A program made the translations under genes and the position numbers. DNA of 64,000 nucleotides from Candidatus Micrarchaeota archaeon (lineage in GTDB: Archaea; Micrarchaeota; Micrarchaeia; Norongarragalinales; SBBD01): the NCBI GenBank assembly GCA_018819225.1, contig JAHJQN010000008.1:32001-96000 (forward strand), in the 5' to 3' direction. Positions 20,695 through 31,035 of this stretch are shown here, one piece after another. Within the stretch, counting starts at the first letter, position 1; each line of letters opens with the position of its first letter. The notes beneath the pieces were generated by a model. That model saw only the letters and a list, made by a program, of their open reading frames with translations, ran no database searches and was not told the origin of the DNA.

Positions 20695-22074
20695 CTAGTG
20701 CGAGTTATTGAGGAGTTCCAAGCGGATCTTGGAGAGCAACCGCTGTTTTTTCTGGCCCGGCTTTAATGCATGTTTGAGCACGTCATGCCAGGTACGCACG
20801 GGAATGATTTCCACTTGCTTCCGTTGCTGATCATCCAACACCAGGTCCCCAACCGTAGTTTCCGGTACGATAACGCGTTTGATGCCTGCTTCAATACACG
20901 CCTCCACTTTCTGCGTGACGCCTCCGATGGGAAGCACTTCCCCGCGAACGGAAAGAGAGCCGGTCATGCCCACGCTCTGATCAATCGGCACTTCCTCTAA
21001 AGCGGAAATGACGGCCGTTGCAACGGAGATGCTGGCGCTATCCCCTTCCACGCCTTCATACGTCTGCAAGAATTGAACGTGAATATCGTAACGGGAAATA
21101 TCCTTTCCAATATGCTTCTTGATTAACGCCGAAACATTTTCGACGGCTTCTTTCGCGATGTCTCCCAGCTTACCCGTGGCAATAATGCGCCCTTCCTCTC
21201 GGGAAGACGACGGAGCAACCTCCGCTACAATAGGCAATATAATACCGGAATCACCCATGACCGCCAGACCATTCACGCGGCCGACCTCATAGCCGTTCAC
21301 GAGAAACACGCGATAATCCTTTTTCACGTCGATGAATTGTTGCGCGCCCTGTTGTTCGAGCGTGCGCGCCAAGCGCCTCGCATCCTTCACTTGTTGACCG
21401 GAAACCATTTTGCTGTCTTGCTCGCGAGCCAAATCCCCGGCTGCGCGCACCAAACCCCCCAGGTCCCGCAGCTTAAGCGTCAACCGGTTTTTCCGACCGG
21501 CACGCTTGCGGGCCTCGTAAATGATTTCTTGAATCGCGTCTTGATCAAAATGAGGAATCTTGCCGTCCTTGCGAACCTCTTGAGCAATGAATTGAACGAT
21601 CTTGAACTGGTTCTCTGGCGTATCCGGAACGCTCTCCTCCATATATACTTCATAACCGTACCCGCGAATACGAGAACGCAACGCGGGATGCATGCGACGC
21701 AAATCCCGGTAATTACCCGCTGCAATCAAAACGAAATCGCACGGAACCGGATCCGTCTTGACTTGAGCACCAGAGGACATCTCGCTTTGACCCGTAATGC
21801 TGAATTTCTTCTCCTGAATGGCGGTCAATAGTTCCTGCTGCGCTTTCGGTCGAAGCATCGACACTTCATCAATAAAGAGAACGCCTTTGTTCGCACGGTG
21901 AATCGCTCCCGCCTCAATGCGCAAGTGCGCGGGAGTCCCTAAACCACCCGAATTGTGCATTAAGATGCCATTCGCGAAATAGTTGCCCGTAGACGTCGTC
22001 GCATTGTATACAAAACCATCGAATCGCCTGGACTGCTTGGATTCCACGCGAACGGATTGGACCTTTCGAGGCAT
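20695..22074 (-). CDS. lonB: C-terminal half of archaeal LonB protease preceded by a split-intein C-fragment (aa 1-41)
   Basis: aa 22-41 [20 protein letters not shown] (intein blocks F/G), then [24 protein letters not shown] (Walker B), GVEGDSAS (catalytic Ser), GGVTQK (catalytic Lys); no Walker A or TM region. Confidence 0.92.
   Translation of the reverse strand: MPRKVQSVRVESKQSRRFDGFVYNATTSTGNYFANGILMHNSGGLGTPAHLRIEAGAIHRANKGVLFIDEVSMLRPKAQQELLTAIQEKKFSITGQSEMSSGAQVKTDPVPCDFVLIAAGNYRDLRRMHPALRSRIRGYGYEVYMEESVPDTPENQFKIVQFIAQEVRKDGKIPHFDQDAIQEIIYEARKRAGRKNRLTLKLRDLGGLVRAAGDLAREQDSKMVSGQQVKDARRLARTLEQQGAQQFIDVKKDYRVFLVNGYEVGRVNGLAVMGDSGIILPIVAEVAPSSSREEGRIIATGKLGDIAKEAVENVSALIKKHIGKDISRYDIHVQFLQTYEGVEGDSASISVATAVISALEEVPIDQSVGMTGSLSVRGEVLPIGGVTQKVEACIEAGIKRVIVPETTVGDLVLDDQQRKQVEIIPVRTWHDVLKHALKPGQKKQRLLSKIRLELLNNSH
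21952..22074 (-). mobile_element. Intein C-fragment (IntC, 41 aa)
   Basis: Ends His-Asn followed by a Ser +1 nucleophile; block F VYN...NYFANG; net basic. Confidence 0.85.
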
Positions 22075-22085
22075 AACGCAGAGAA

Positions 22086-22122
22086 CACCTTACTAGAAAC
22101 TGACGCCAAACAGATTTATAAA
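22086..22122 (-). promoter_or_regulatory. TATA box and SD for the IntC-LonC gene
   Basis: TTTATAAA at 22115-22122 (palindromic, may also serve the divergent gene); AAGGTG about 11 nt upstream of ATG 22074. Confidence 0.55.
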
Positions 22123-22152
22123 GCGGCGCAGTAAAGGTTAAAGGAAAAGCTT

Positions 22153-22533
22153 ATGGCTATTGTCATTGAGGCGGGAATCCCGTTCGATTTCCTATTCTCC
22201 GTGTTATCGTTCGCGTTCTTCGGCATACTATCATTGTACTCGCTGCGCACCTATATATTCTTTAAAGAAAGCAGTCTCGCGCACCACCTGAAAATCATGT
22301 CCATAGGGCTCGCGTTGTTTACCTTCGCTAAAGCCGTGGAATTCAGCGAGTACATTTGGGGGGTATACCATTTACAGATCGTGAACGTGGTGTGGATGCT
22401 GGGCGCGCTCGTCATGTTATTCGGAATACTGGACTTCCGGAGAGAATTCCTGCGCTTCAAGTGGTTGAAGGAAATCCAGGACGAAATTGCGGTTGAAAAG
22501 AAGCGCTGGAGAAAAAACGAGAAAACCGACTAA
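22153..22533 (+). CDS. Hypothetical membrane protein (3 TM)
   Basis: Three hydrophobic segments, charged C-terminal tail. Confidence 0.7.
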   Translation: MAIVIEAGIPFDFLFSVLSFAFFGILSLYSLRTYIFFKESSLAHHLKIMSIGLALFTFAKAVEFSEYIWGVYHLQIVNVVWMLGALVMLFGILDFRREFLRFKWLKEIQDEIAVEKKRWRKNEKTD

Positions 22534-22608
22534 CCGCTTTTCCTTGAACAGGTGTGTCGGATCACGGATATATCGAATAAAGATACGGGTCGGCAAGACG
22601 AGACCGGT

Positions 22609-23499
22609 TCAGATCAAGATTTCCTTGCCCGCCTCGGCAATATCCACATTCGGAAACACTTCCTTCGCTTCGGCCAGCAACACGCTGAGATCCGCATACC
22701 GGTTGCTGAAATGCGTCAGTAAGAGCGCCTTCACTTTGGCCTTGCGTGCAGACTCGGCCGCCTGGCGGGCCGTCGAATGATATTTCTTTTTCGCCAACGA
22801 CTGGGAATCATCCGCAAACGTCGAATCGTGCACCAACAATTCCGCATCCTTTGCCGCGCGCTCAATCGCAGAACATGGAAGCGAATCCCCGGTGTAGACG
22901 ACGCGCTTGCCTTTTTTGACGTACGTCACATCCTCCAGCTTGATTTTCTTGCGGCCGATTTTCACGAATCCGTTATCCTGGATTTCCCGGAATAACTTCC
23001 CTTTGATGCCCAAGTCCTTGGCCTTCTTCTCATAAAACTTGTTGATCGGCTGTTCCTCAATGACGTAACCGAGCGCCTCGACCTTGTGATCGACTTTGAA
23101 AGCGGATACGCGAATCAGTTTATCCTCGAACACGCGCTTGCTCGAAGTCACTTCCACGATGCGGACCGGAAACTTCGGACGCAAATACCGCAGGGAAAGC
23201 ACGGTTCCCATCAATTCCTTGATCCCGTGCGGTCCGAACAGCAGCAATTCGTCGGTACGGTCATGCAAGTTCATCGTCTGAATGAGCCCAAAAATGCCCA
23301 GAATGTGATCGGCGTGCAAATGGGAAAAGAAAATAGCATTCACTTTCGCATACGAAATGCGGTACTTCATCATTTGACGTTGCGCGCCCTCACAACAGTC
23401 AAACAAGAACGTATTCCCACTCTTGATCGCAAAACACGAAGGCACCCGGCCCGGAGCCGGTACCGCACCCGAGTTTCCAAGAACCACCAAACGAAGCAT
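22609..23499 (-). CDS. rnz: Ribonuclease Z
   Basis: LFDCCEGAQRQ, SHLHADHILG, YTGDS, HDSTF, HST, THFSNRY. Confidence 0.93.
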   Translation of the reverse strand: MLRLVVLGNSGAVPAPGRVPSCFAIKSGNTFLFDCCEGAQRQMMKYRISYAKVNAIFFSHLHADHILGIFGLIQTMNLHDRTDELLLFGPHGIKELMGTVLSLRYLRPKFPVRIVEVTSSKRVFEDKLIRVSAFKVDHKVEALGYVIEEQPINKFYEKKAKDLGIKGKLFREIQDNGFVKIGRKKIKLEDVTYVKKGKRVVYTGDSLPCSAIERAAKDAELLVHDSTFADDSQSLAKKKYHSTARQAAESARKAKVKALLLTHFSNRYADLSVLLAEAKEVFPNVDIAEAGKEILI

Positions 23500-23510
23500 A
23501 TGCAAAAACC

Positions 23511-24794
23511 TCAAGCGATTCCGATCACGATGTCACACGCATTGGTACCCGTAGGACCCGTCACGATCACGTCCCCGGTTTTCTTCAAGAATGAGTGGGA
23601 GTCATTGTTCTTTAAATACTTGGCGGGTTTCAAGCGCTTTTTAGAGGCGCGGTCATTCGTGGAAGAATCCACGATGGCTCCGGCTGACGGACTCGATCCA
23701 TCTATTCCATCGGTTCCGGCACTTAATAGCACGCCGTTTTTCAACCAGGAGAGCGCGCTCAGGCAAAGCTCTTGATTCCGACCGCCGATCCCGTTTCCGG
23801 ACACCGTCACCGTCGTTTCACCGCCCGCAACAAACGTCAAGTTACGGTTGAGTAAATTCGCAAAGCGCTTTCCATGATCGCGGGCATCCCCAGTCAAACC
23901 GCGAAACACCCATGGACGCATGCCCTGCCGACGCAAAAAAGATGACGCCGCATCAATCACCGTATTATTGTCGCCGAGAACAAACGAGTGCGAGGAAACG
24001 CGAACGGATTGTTTGGAAGGAAAGCGCATTAATGTTTTCATGATGGGATCATTCGAGGAAAGATGCAAATAGCGTTTCAATAATAATCGCGCGCGCTGAT
24101 AATGATGCGTGCTGGAAACCGTGGGACCTGACGCGATATCCGCCAGAGAACCATGGACGACATCCGAAAGCACGAGATTCACTATCTTCGCGTTTTTGAA
24201 CGCCAGACCCAATTGACCGCCCTTGACTTGAGACAAACAGCGGCGCACTTCATTCAATTCGGATATCGAGGCGCCGCCACGCATTAATCCCTCGGAAATC
24301 CGTTGAACATCTTTCAATGAAAGGCCTTCCCGGGGAAGGGTCAACAAAGAGGAACCGCCTCCCGAAATTAAACAGACCACCACATCCTCTTTGGTTACTT
24401 CCGATGCAAGCGCAAGAATCTTTTGCGTCGCCGACACATTTTCTTTCGAAGGAAACGGGTGCGTACCCTCCAACAATTGAATTTTTTTCGTGCGAAAACG
24501 TTTTCGAGTTCCTTTTGGAACGATCACGATACCGGAAGTCACCGGCACCAATCGTTCAAAGGTTTCCGCCATGGCCCCCGATGCTTTCCCGAAACCGATC
24601 ACGAACACGCGCCCAACCGGAAACGGGTGGCCACGCACGACGAATTCGTTTCGCTTGAATTGAACAGAGGAACGCATCAATTGATCCGGCGAAATGCTTT
24701 CGAGACCAAGCTCAAAAGCCCTCAAAGCCAATTCCCGTCGCTTTCGATCGCCGTGCAATAGGGTTCCGCGAGAGCGGATGCTCATAATCTTCAC
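23511..24794 (-). CDS. Glycerate 2-kinase (DUF4147/MOFRL)
   Basis: GFGKAS, LISGGGSSL, SDV, IASGPT, GGETTV, GGRNQE, GTDGIDG, TGPTGTN. Confidence 0.92.
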   Translation of the reverse strand: MKIMSIRSRGTLLHGDRKRRELALRAFELGLESISPDQLMRSSVQFKRNEFVVRGHPFPVGRVFVIGFGKASGAMAETFERLVPVTSGIVIVPKGTRKRFRTKKIQLLEGTHPFPSKENVSATQKILALASEVTKEDVVVCLISGGGSSLLTLPREGLSLKDVQRISEGLMRGGASISELNEVRRCLSQVKGGQLGLAFKNAKIVNLVLSDVVHGSLADIASGPTVSSTHHYQRARLLLKRYLHLSSNDPIMKTLMRFPSKQSVRVSSHSFVLGDNNTVIDAASSFLRRQGMRPWVFRGLTGDARDHGKRFANLLNRNLTFVAGGETTVTVSGNGIGGRNQELCLSALSWLKNGVLLSAGTDGIDGSSPSAGAIVDSSTNDRASKKRLKPAKYLKNNDSHSFLKKTGDVIVTGPTGTNACDIVIGIA

Positions 24795-24796
24795 GA

Positions 24797-25402
24797 TTAC
24801 GCATGTTGAATGCTTTTCAACGTGATGTCAAATATCAACGACTTTCCGGCCAAACGGTGATTAAAATCGATCGTGACGGACGTGTCGTTAACGGACGTTA
24901 TCACGCCCGATAAACCATTCGCCGCACGGACCGTCAAACCCACCTCGGCAGGCGCGCCAATGCCTTCCAGCTCGGATAACGGGAACGCGCGAATTAATCC
25001 GTCATTGTATTCGCCGTACGCCTCCTCGGGAGGAAGTTCGACGGTTTTAGTTTCCCCGACACGCATGCCTACGAGAGCACGGTCAAAACCAGCAATCATT
25101 TGACCCGCTCCCACTTGAAACTGAAGGGGCTCGTAAGCAGGGCGCGACATGCCGGCTTTCTCCGCCTCTTCCTTAATATTCGTGTCAAAAACCGTTCCGT
25201 TCTCTAGACGACCTAAATAGTCAACTGAAACGACATCGCCGGCTTTCACGAGAGGCTCTCCAGAATCCATATCGCTGGGAACCGATGAAACCGGAACATC
25301 CGTTGGCATCGGCGTTGGCGTCTCCGTGGCACCACCGCCCATTTGAAGACAACCGAATAGCATAAACGCAAGGATAACCACGAAGGCACTGTCCAAGTTC
25401 AA
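24797..25402 (-). CDS. FKBP-type peptidyl-prolyl isomerase (SlyD-like) with lipoprotein signal
   Basis: GDVVSVDYLGRLENGTVFDT, PPEEAYG, IDFNHRLAGKSL; lipobox LFGC. Confidence 0.9.
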   Translation of the reverse strand: MNLDSAFVVILAFMLFGCLQMGGGATETPTPMPTDVPVSSVPSDMDSGEPLVKAGDVVSVDYLGRLENGTVFDTNIKEEAEKAGMSRPAYEPLQFQVGAGQMIAGFDRALVGMRVGETKTVELPPEEAYGEYNDGLIRAFPLSELEGIGAPAEVGLTVRAANGLSGVITSVNDTSVTIDFNHRLAGKSLIFDITLKSIQHA

Positions 25403-25551
25403 GAATCCCCACCCCTCAAATAGAACCAGTAAAGGTGTTCGAGAGTTAAAACGAGTTGCAAGTATAAAAAGGATGCGGTCAGGTGTAACAAAGAAAATAA
25501 TCCACCAAATAGGAAAAGGATTTTAATGCAGTATACGAAAGAAGAAAGAAT

Positions 25552-26091
25552 ATGGGCGTAAAACCACTTGAAGAACTGCGGATAGGCGTCTACCACTTGA
25601 GATGGGGGGAAAAAAGTATTAGACCCAACGAACACGCTATATCGTTCTCCGTTGCACGTTCCCGAAACGCTTTTAAAAAAACCGAAGGAGCTAAACGCAT
25701 CGATATTAGACGCGTCCCCCCTGCCTTGAGATCTGCCGTATTAATTCGATTATCTGAACGGAATGATCATGAGGAACCATTGGGACAGATATGGTTTTCA
25801 CGAAAGGGTAACCATGTCGAAACCGATGGTTTGAGGTTATCGGCCGTAAAAAGCACTCGAAATAGGCCGCGCTCAATACGACCAGATGCCTCGACCGAAT
25901 GGCGGCTTCGGAATCTTCTACACGGTATCGCGGCGCACTACCTGCAAACTCGTGAAGGAGTCACGCATATTGGTACCAGTAATAAACCGAAAGCGGGATG
26001 GACCAGAGAACTTAACGAATTGGGCCTACCCGCCAAACAAAAAGTGGAGATCGCCGAATGGAAGAAAAAGATCTTGAAGGGGATGCGGTGA
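25552..26091 (+). CDS. Hypothetical basic protein
   Basis: 179-aa ORF filling the gap before tldD; no recognisable motif. Confidence 0.6.
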   Translation: MGVKPLEELRIGVYHLRWGEKSIRPNEHAISFSVARSRNAFKKTEGAKRIDIRRVPPALRSAVLIRLSERNDHEEPLGQIWFSRKGNHVETDGLRLSAVKSTRNRPRSIRPDASTEWRLRNLLHGIAAHYLQTREGVTHIGTSNKPKAGWTRELNELGLPAKQKVEIAEWKKKILKGMR

Positions 26092-26122
26092 CAAGGGAAT
26101 ACAGAATGAAGGAAATAGTAAT

Positions 26123-27457
26123 ATGAAATCCATCCATAAGCTGCTGGATCCATACCGGTATGCCGATGCCCGCATTACGCGAAGCCGTTATTCAAGAGCC
26201 GTACTCAAAGACAAGGAATTTGACTCCGTGAGGCAAGGAACCACCGAAAGCGTAGCGTGCCGTGTTCTCGTCAACGGAGCCATGGGATTCGCATCCAGCA
26301 ACCGGGTCAACGAGCTCCCGCTCCTCTTGAAAGAAGCGGAAAAACTGGCGCGCGTCCAGCCCGGAAAAATGATGCTCGCAGAGCCGGAGGTTCATCAAGC
26401 GCGATCGATAGGACCTGGCAAGAAATCACCTGAAAATATTGACATCGAAGAAAAACTGAGCCGACTGAAAGCGTACGAAAAACGAGCCCGGAAAAAAAAG
26501 ATTCACCGCGTCCAAGTGAATTATGCCGATGGAACGTATGATAGCGAATTGTATGGTTCGACGGGAGCGCACGTCATCGATCACGAACACCGCGTCCTCA
26601 CACAAATATTCGTTTACGCCAAGGAGAACGGAAGAACCGAACATTCCTTCGATCAAGTCAAGGCCCGAGGCGGAATGGAAGCACTCAAAGGAATGCATGA
26701 GAAAATTGACCGCGCAGTGAACGAAGCGTTGTTGATGTTGAAAGCCGAGCACGGACCAAAAGGAAAGATGAACGTGATTCTCGATCCTGAAATTGCAGGC
26801 GTGTTAGCCCATGAAGCCGTAGGGCATGCGTGCGAAGCCGACGAAATTCAATCCGGAGGATCCTGTTTGCAAGGAAAACTCGGAAATCGCATTGGAAGTG
26901 AAACGGTCAACATTTCCGATTCTCCTGTTTATGACGATGCGTTGTGGGGATCGTATGCATACGATGACGAAGGAACGAAAACCAAGAAAACGGAACTCGT
27001 AAAAAAAGGAGTTCTAAACAACTACCTCACCTCGCTATCGACCGCAAAACAAAACCTGGGACGGTTAAGCGGAAACGCCAGGGGGGAAAGCGACTCCCGG
27101 CCCATTGTACGAATGAGCAACACGTACTTTGAAAAAGGAAGCGAAAAAAAGGAAGCGTTATTTAGCGAGTTAAAGAACGGAGTTTATTTAGTGGGATGCA
27201 AGGAAGGCCAAGTGTCACCCAAAACCGGGAATTTCACGTTCGCGGCACGGTATGGATACGTCGTGAAGAATGGGAAACAAACGAAACGGATGAAAAACTG
27301 CAGTATCAACGGAAATATTCTGGAAGCGCTTCATCACATAAAGCAGGTGGCAAACGACATGGCATTTACCCCCGGAACATGCGGGAAATACGCGCAGGAA
27401 GCGCCCGTGACCACGGGAAGTCCGCATCTGATCATTAACGACATTCTCGTGGGATGA
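26123..27457 (+). CDS. tldD: TldD/PmbA family metalloprotease (TldD-type)
   Basis: HEAVGHACEAD, DDEGT, GNAR, RMSNTY, TCGK. Confidence 0.9.
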   Translation: MKSIHKLLDPYRYADARITRSRYSRAVLKDKEFDSVRQGTTESVACRVLVNGAMGFASSNRVNELPLLLKEAEKLARVQPGKMMLAEPEVHQARSIGPGKKSPENIDIEEKLSRLKAYEKRARKKKIHRVQVNYADGTYDSELYGSTGAHVIDHEHRVLTQIFVYAKENGRTEHSFDQVKARGGMEALKGMHEKIDRAVNEALLMLKAEHGPKGKMNVILDPEIAGVLAHEAVGHACEADEIQSGGSCLQGKLGNRIGSETVNISDSPVYDDALWGSYAYDDEGTKTKKTELVKKGVLNNYLTSLSTAKQNLGRLSGNARGESDSRPIVRMSNTYFEKGSEKKEALFSELKNGVYLVGCKEGQVSPKTGNFTFAARYGYVVKNGKQTKRMKNCSINGNILEALHHIKQVANDMAFTPGTCGKYAQEAPVTTGSPHLIINDILVG

Positions 27458-27488
27458 ACAGGAGCGTTATAGAGACATCGCGCCCGAG

Positions 27489-28895
27489 TTAAGGATGCAT
27501 GCGAATGGAACCGGTTTTTCCATCCATTATTAGCGTTCTCCCTTGAATCAACGACGAAATATTATGCGTTTGAACAATGCAGGGAATTCGGAGTTCACGA
27601 GCAATGATCGCTGAATGCGAGAGAGCTCCCCCGGTTTCACTCACGACGCCGACGGCATCCTTGAATAACGTCGAAAGACGCGGGGAAAACGAATGCGATA
27701 CGATGATCTTTCCATTAACGTTCTTCTCGTAATCCGAATCCTCGTTAACGAAAACGCATTCGGCCGTTACCGAAAAAGGAGCGCCTGCGGGCTTGCCACT
27801 CACCACCCCATCAGAATGCGGCAAATCAAACCATTTTTTATCTGAAAAAACGAGTACAGCCGGAGTGGATTGCCAAGAGTGAGCGTCAAATCGCTTTTTT
27901 CGCTCGGCTAATACGTCAGACCACTTACTTGAATCACCGAGGATTAGCGGGAGTTCAGAAATACGCGCGTGGAAAACGGGGGTTCCGACACCCGTCCGAT
28001 GGCTCACTTCAATATAGGTGTTTCGAAGCACGCTTAAATAGCGTGAGCAAACCATTTTCGCATTCTCACGCCAGCGAGCATATTTATCCTTGGGAGCCGG
28101 CTGCATCAATCGCATAGCAGAAGCCGGATTTTCTTGAAAACGGGGAATCGAAACGTCATAAGGAGATTCGGAATGAAAACCAAACCGTTCAACCGCTTCA
28201 TCCACCTTATTTTCAGAAAGAAGAGCGTACAATTGCTCGGCCTCACAAGATTGCCAAGCGGATGAAGTAACGAGAGGGGTCTTGAATGCGGAGGCCAGCG
28301 AAGAAACAAAAGAATATTGCATGGAACGAACGGCTCCCTCTTGAGCGGCTTCCGAAACGGCCACCGGATTCGATATGCGTCCGGCATGTTCTGAAACGAA
28401 ATGAGTCGCTTGTTGAGAAAAGGAAGGAAATGCGCGCAGCTTTTGTTCCGCGTACAAGGCGAATAACGCCATGTCGATTGCCTGACCAACGGCATCAAAG
28501 GGAAAGCTGGCCATCAATAAAAGATTTTCAATCGACAACGGACTCGTTTCGACCAAACCGTTTTTAGAATGCCAAGAAAACGTTTTTTCAATTCCGGGAT
28601 TGCGCATGAAGCGCTTTTCAACGTTACGAGAAAAATACATGCGGCCGGCCACAAAATGAACGTGCTTTGAATTAAAAGGCCGAACCCCCATCCGTGTTTC
28701 ATCGTACGTGCGCCACAATGGTCCGTTCGCGTCAAAAACGTTTTCGAAAAACTCTTGCGAGCATTCCTTGGAAAGCGGCAGCAAATCCGAGTTTTCATTG
28801 CGGGCAATGACGAGAGTCTGACCCGAAAACAAGGGCTGGGAGTGCACTACTGAAACCAGATCCCTTTCAAGAAAAAGCGGAAGATCCATAATCAA
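27489..28895 (-). CDS. Protein with C-terminal PEP-utilising mobile (phosphohistidine) domain
   Basis: ETGGALSHSAIIARELRIPC. Confidence 0.8.
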   Translation of the reverse strand: MIMDLPLFLERDLVSVVHSQPLFSGQTLVIARNENSDLLPLSKECSQEFFENVFDANGPLWRTYDETRMGVRPFNSKHVHFVAGRMYFSRNVEKRFMRNPGIEKTFSWHSKNGLVETSPLSIENLLLMASFPFDAVGQAIDMALFALYAEQKLRAFPSFSQQATHFVSEHAGRISNPVAVSEAAQEGAVRSMQYSFVSSLASAFKTPLVTSSAWQSCEAEQLYALLSENKVDEAVERFGFHSESPYDVSIPRFQENPASAMRLMQPAPKDKYARWRENAKMVCSRYLSVLRNTYIEVSHRTGVGTPVFHARISELPLILGDSSKWSDVLAERKKRFDAHSWQSTPAVLVFSDKKWFDLPHSDGVVSGKPAGAPFSVTAECVFVNEDSDYEKNVNGKIIVSHSFSPRLSTLFKDAVGVVSETGGALSHSAIIARELRIPCIVQTHNISSLIQGRTLIMDGKTGSIRMHP

Positions 28896-29837
28896 TCACG
28901 AGGAAATGCGTTCAAAACCGGTATCTGAAATAAAAACGGTTCCACGATCCGAACAAGATCCCGAAGCTACAAACGCAACGGAACCGCGAACAGTCAATTC
29001 GTCGGAAGATACAGAAACAGGGCAGAAAATGCGTTTTCGCGCGCCGTCTTCCTCCGATTGACAAGCGAATAAGGGATGGATGGTTTTTTCTAATGCGCCG
29101 ACGCGAATACGACATTCTCCATCCGATGACGGTTGGAACCACATCCGAGTAAAAGCAGTCGTAATCACGTCCATTTTCGCTTCGGCCAATGCATCGTCTT
29201 CTCGACCCAGAATCTCTGAAGGCTCAGACGGCGCTTGAGCCATGCCTTTTGAAGCGTCTAAGTCAGGCAACCATCCATCTGGAATCAAAGAATTGGGCGA
29301 GGATTCTTGATAGGCCGAAACATATTCAATGCGTTCATCCGTATTCACTACGATCACATCCATTGCGAGCACGGACGAGACCCCCGTAGCGAATGCAATA
29401 AAGAGGGCCAGCAGTACCCATGAGCTCACTAAAGAGGTTTTCGTATGCGAGGGAACGTTCCGGTAAGCACGGAACGCGGAAACCCATTTTAAAATCAAGA
29501 AAAGAACTCCAGCTGATAACGCGGATAGGGCTGCGGATTCATAATCTAAAGGGTAAATCAAGAACGCGGAGACGAGCATGGCCGACAATGCGAGAAAAGC
29601 CGTTCCCAACGCGGAAACCCCCGAACTCAATAAATGAAAAACGCTTTTTCCGAAATAAGTTCGGTTCGTAAAACCTTTTAATGCTCCAAACAACAGCAAG
29701 GAAACAACCGCATTGACAAGAAAAGAGCTAATGGAAAGCGTGAGGAAAAAAACAGTCGGCGGAACGACAACCAATGCATGAGCCCATGAGAACAAAAAAA
29801 CGAAAAAAACCAATGCGCGTCTCATGAACGAATCCAC
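28896..29837 (-). CDS. Hypothetical membrane protein with Cys-containing extracellular domain
   Basis: Signal plus about 4 TM, C-terminal domain with 4 Cys. Confidence 0.7.
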   Translation of the reverse strand: MDSFMRRALVFFVFLFSWAHALVVVPPTVFFLTLSISSFLVNAVVSLLLFGALKGFTNRTYFGKSVFHLLSSGVSALGTAFLALSAMLVSAFLIYPLDYESAALSALSAGVLFLILKWVSAFRAYRNVPSHTKTSLVSSWVLLALFIAFATGVSSVLAMDVIVVNTDERIEYVSAYQESSPNSLIPDGWLPDLDASKGMAQAPSEPSEILGREDDALAEAKMDVITTAFTRMWFQPSSDGECRIRVGALEKTIHPLFACQSEEDGARKRIFCPVSVSSDELTVRGSVAFVASGSCSDRGTVFISDTGFERISS

Positions 29838-30631
29838 TCTAGCAATTGGGTATACGCACGATCTGCCGGCGAGTCTCCTTTACCGCACGTATTAATTTCG
29901 GCGTATTGCTCGCCGTCACTGGCTTCGATATAAGAATAAACGTATCCGTCGCGAGAGCAATCATCAAAATCAACGGATGAATCAAAAAATCCGTCCAGTA
30001 ACAAAGGCAACGGTTCGGGATCTATTCGGAATACATGGGCTTCCAACAATTCCCCATCCAAGTCGCCGAACGCTTCATAGACGACGGTGCCATCCTCAAA
30101 TAAATGGTAATCGATCGCGGGCTGGCCGCGTTTTCGATAAATTAAGTGAATGAAGAAAGGAGTTTGAGAAACCGCGCCATCATATAGCGCCATCGTGCGT
30201 TCTTGAATACCGAGAACGACCGCATACGAATGATAAGCCGACGGCTTATCGACTTGCACGGCCAAATAATTCGTCTCGTTTTCATCGTGGTAAAACGCGT
30301 GGTAAACGGAGCACTCCGCACAATTCACATCCCGGCCTTGAACCAATTGCTCTTTAACGTATGCGAGCTCGGCAACGACGAGCGCTCGGTCCACTTTTCG
30401 AAGCGTAATAGACGGCGTTTTTCGCGTCGGAGCATTAAACGATTTGCGGAGAATCAAACCGTTGTCAACGACCAAATACTCAATAAAGCACGGCTTGGGA
30501 CCGGAATCACATTGCGGCGTTTGCTCGGTAATCTCATAATAGGATCCTTCCGACGGATCGGAAGCAGGCAAAGTCGTACAACCGATCAGTAGGATAAAAG
30601 CGAACGCAATGAATGAAACCCACTTTTCCAT
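29822..30631 (-). CDS. Hypothetical Cys-rich lipoprotein (start reassigned to MEKWV)
   Basis: Lipobox LLIGC; paired cysteines; TATA-like element upstream. Confidence 0.7.
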   Translation of the reverse strand: MEKWVSFIAFAFILLIGCTTLPASDPSEGSYYEITEQTPQCDSGPKPCFIEYLVVDNGLILRKSFNAPTRKTPSITLRKVDRALVVAELAYVKEQLVQGRDVNCAECSVYHAFYHDENETNYLAVQVDKPSAYHSYAVVLGIQERTMALYDGAVSQTPFFIHLIYRKRGQPAIDYHLFEDGTVVYEAFGDLDGELLEAHVFRIDPEPLPLLLDGFFDSSVDFDDCSRDGYVYSYIEASDGEQYAEINTCGKGDSPADRAYTQLLEWIRS

Positions 30632-31035
30632 ATGGCAGTATAACGATTCCAGGCTATATAAAAACAAGGGAATCATTAAGTGAAAAAAAGCCGCGAACCT
30701 GAATGCACTAAAACGGGCGAGAAACGAATATAAACGTTTGTTGCATAATGGGCCCACACCACTTTCAAGAGGGGATCCGAGGAAAAAAATTAAGTACACG
30801 TTAGTTATCAGTCGTACAAATAATGCGCCCGTTGCCTTCCGAAAACCGCTTTCGCCTCATGGGGAGCACATTCTAATCCTTACGCATTAGGGTTTGCCGC
30901 CTACTCGAAGGAATCGAATCCGTTATCCGTCAGGCGATCAAAGGATTCGCAGATGGGTAATCTGCAATGGTAGGGTCTAGCGAAAGCTCGAACCCATGGA
31001 ATCAATGCGCGCAAAAAACCGAGGTGCCAAAACGA

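Noticed and set aside
26123-27457. TldD without a PmbA partner as a novel system
   Set aside because: The partner is often unlinked and may lie outside the window; no precursor peptide gene is evident.
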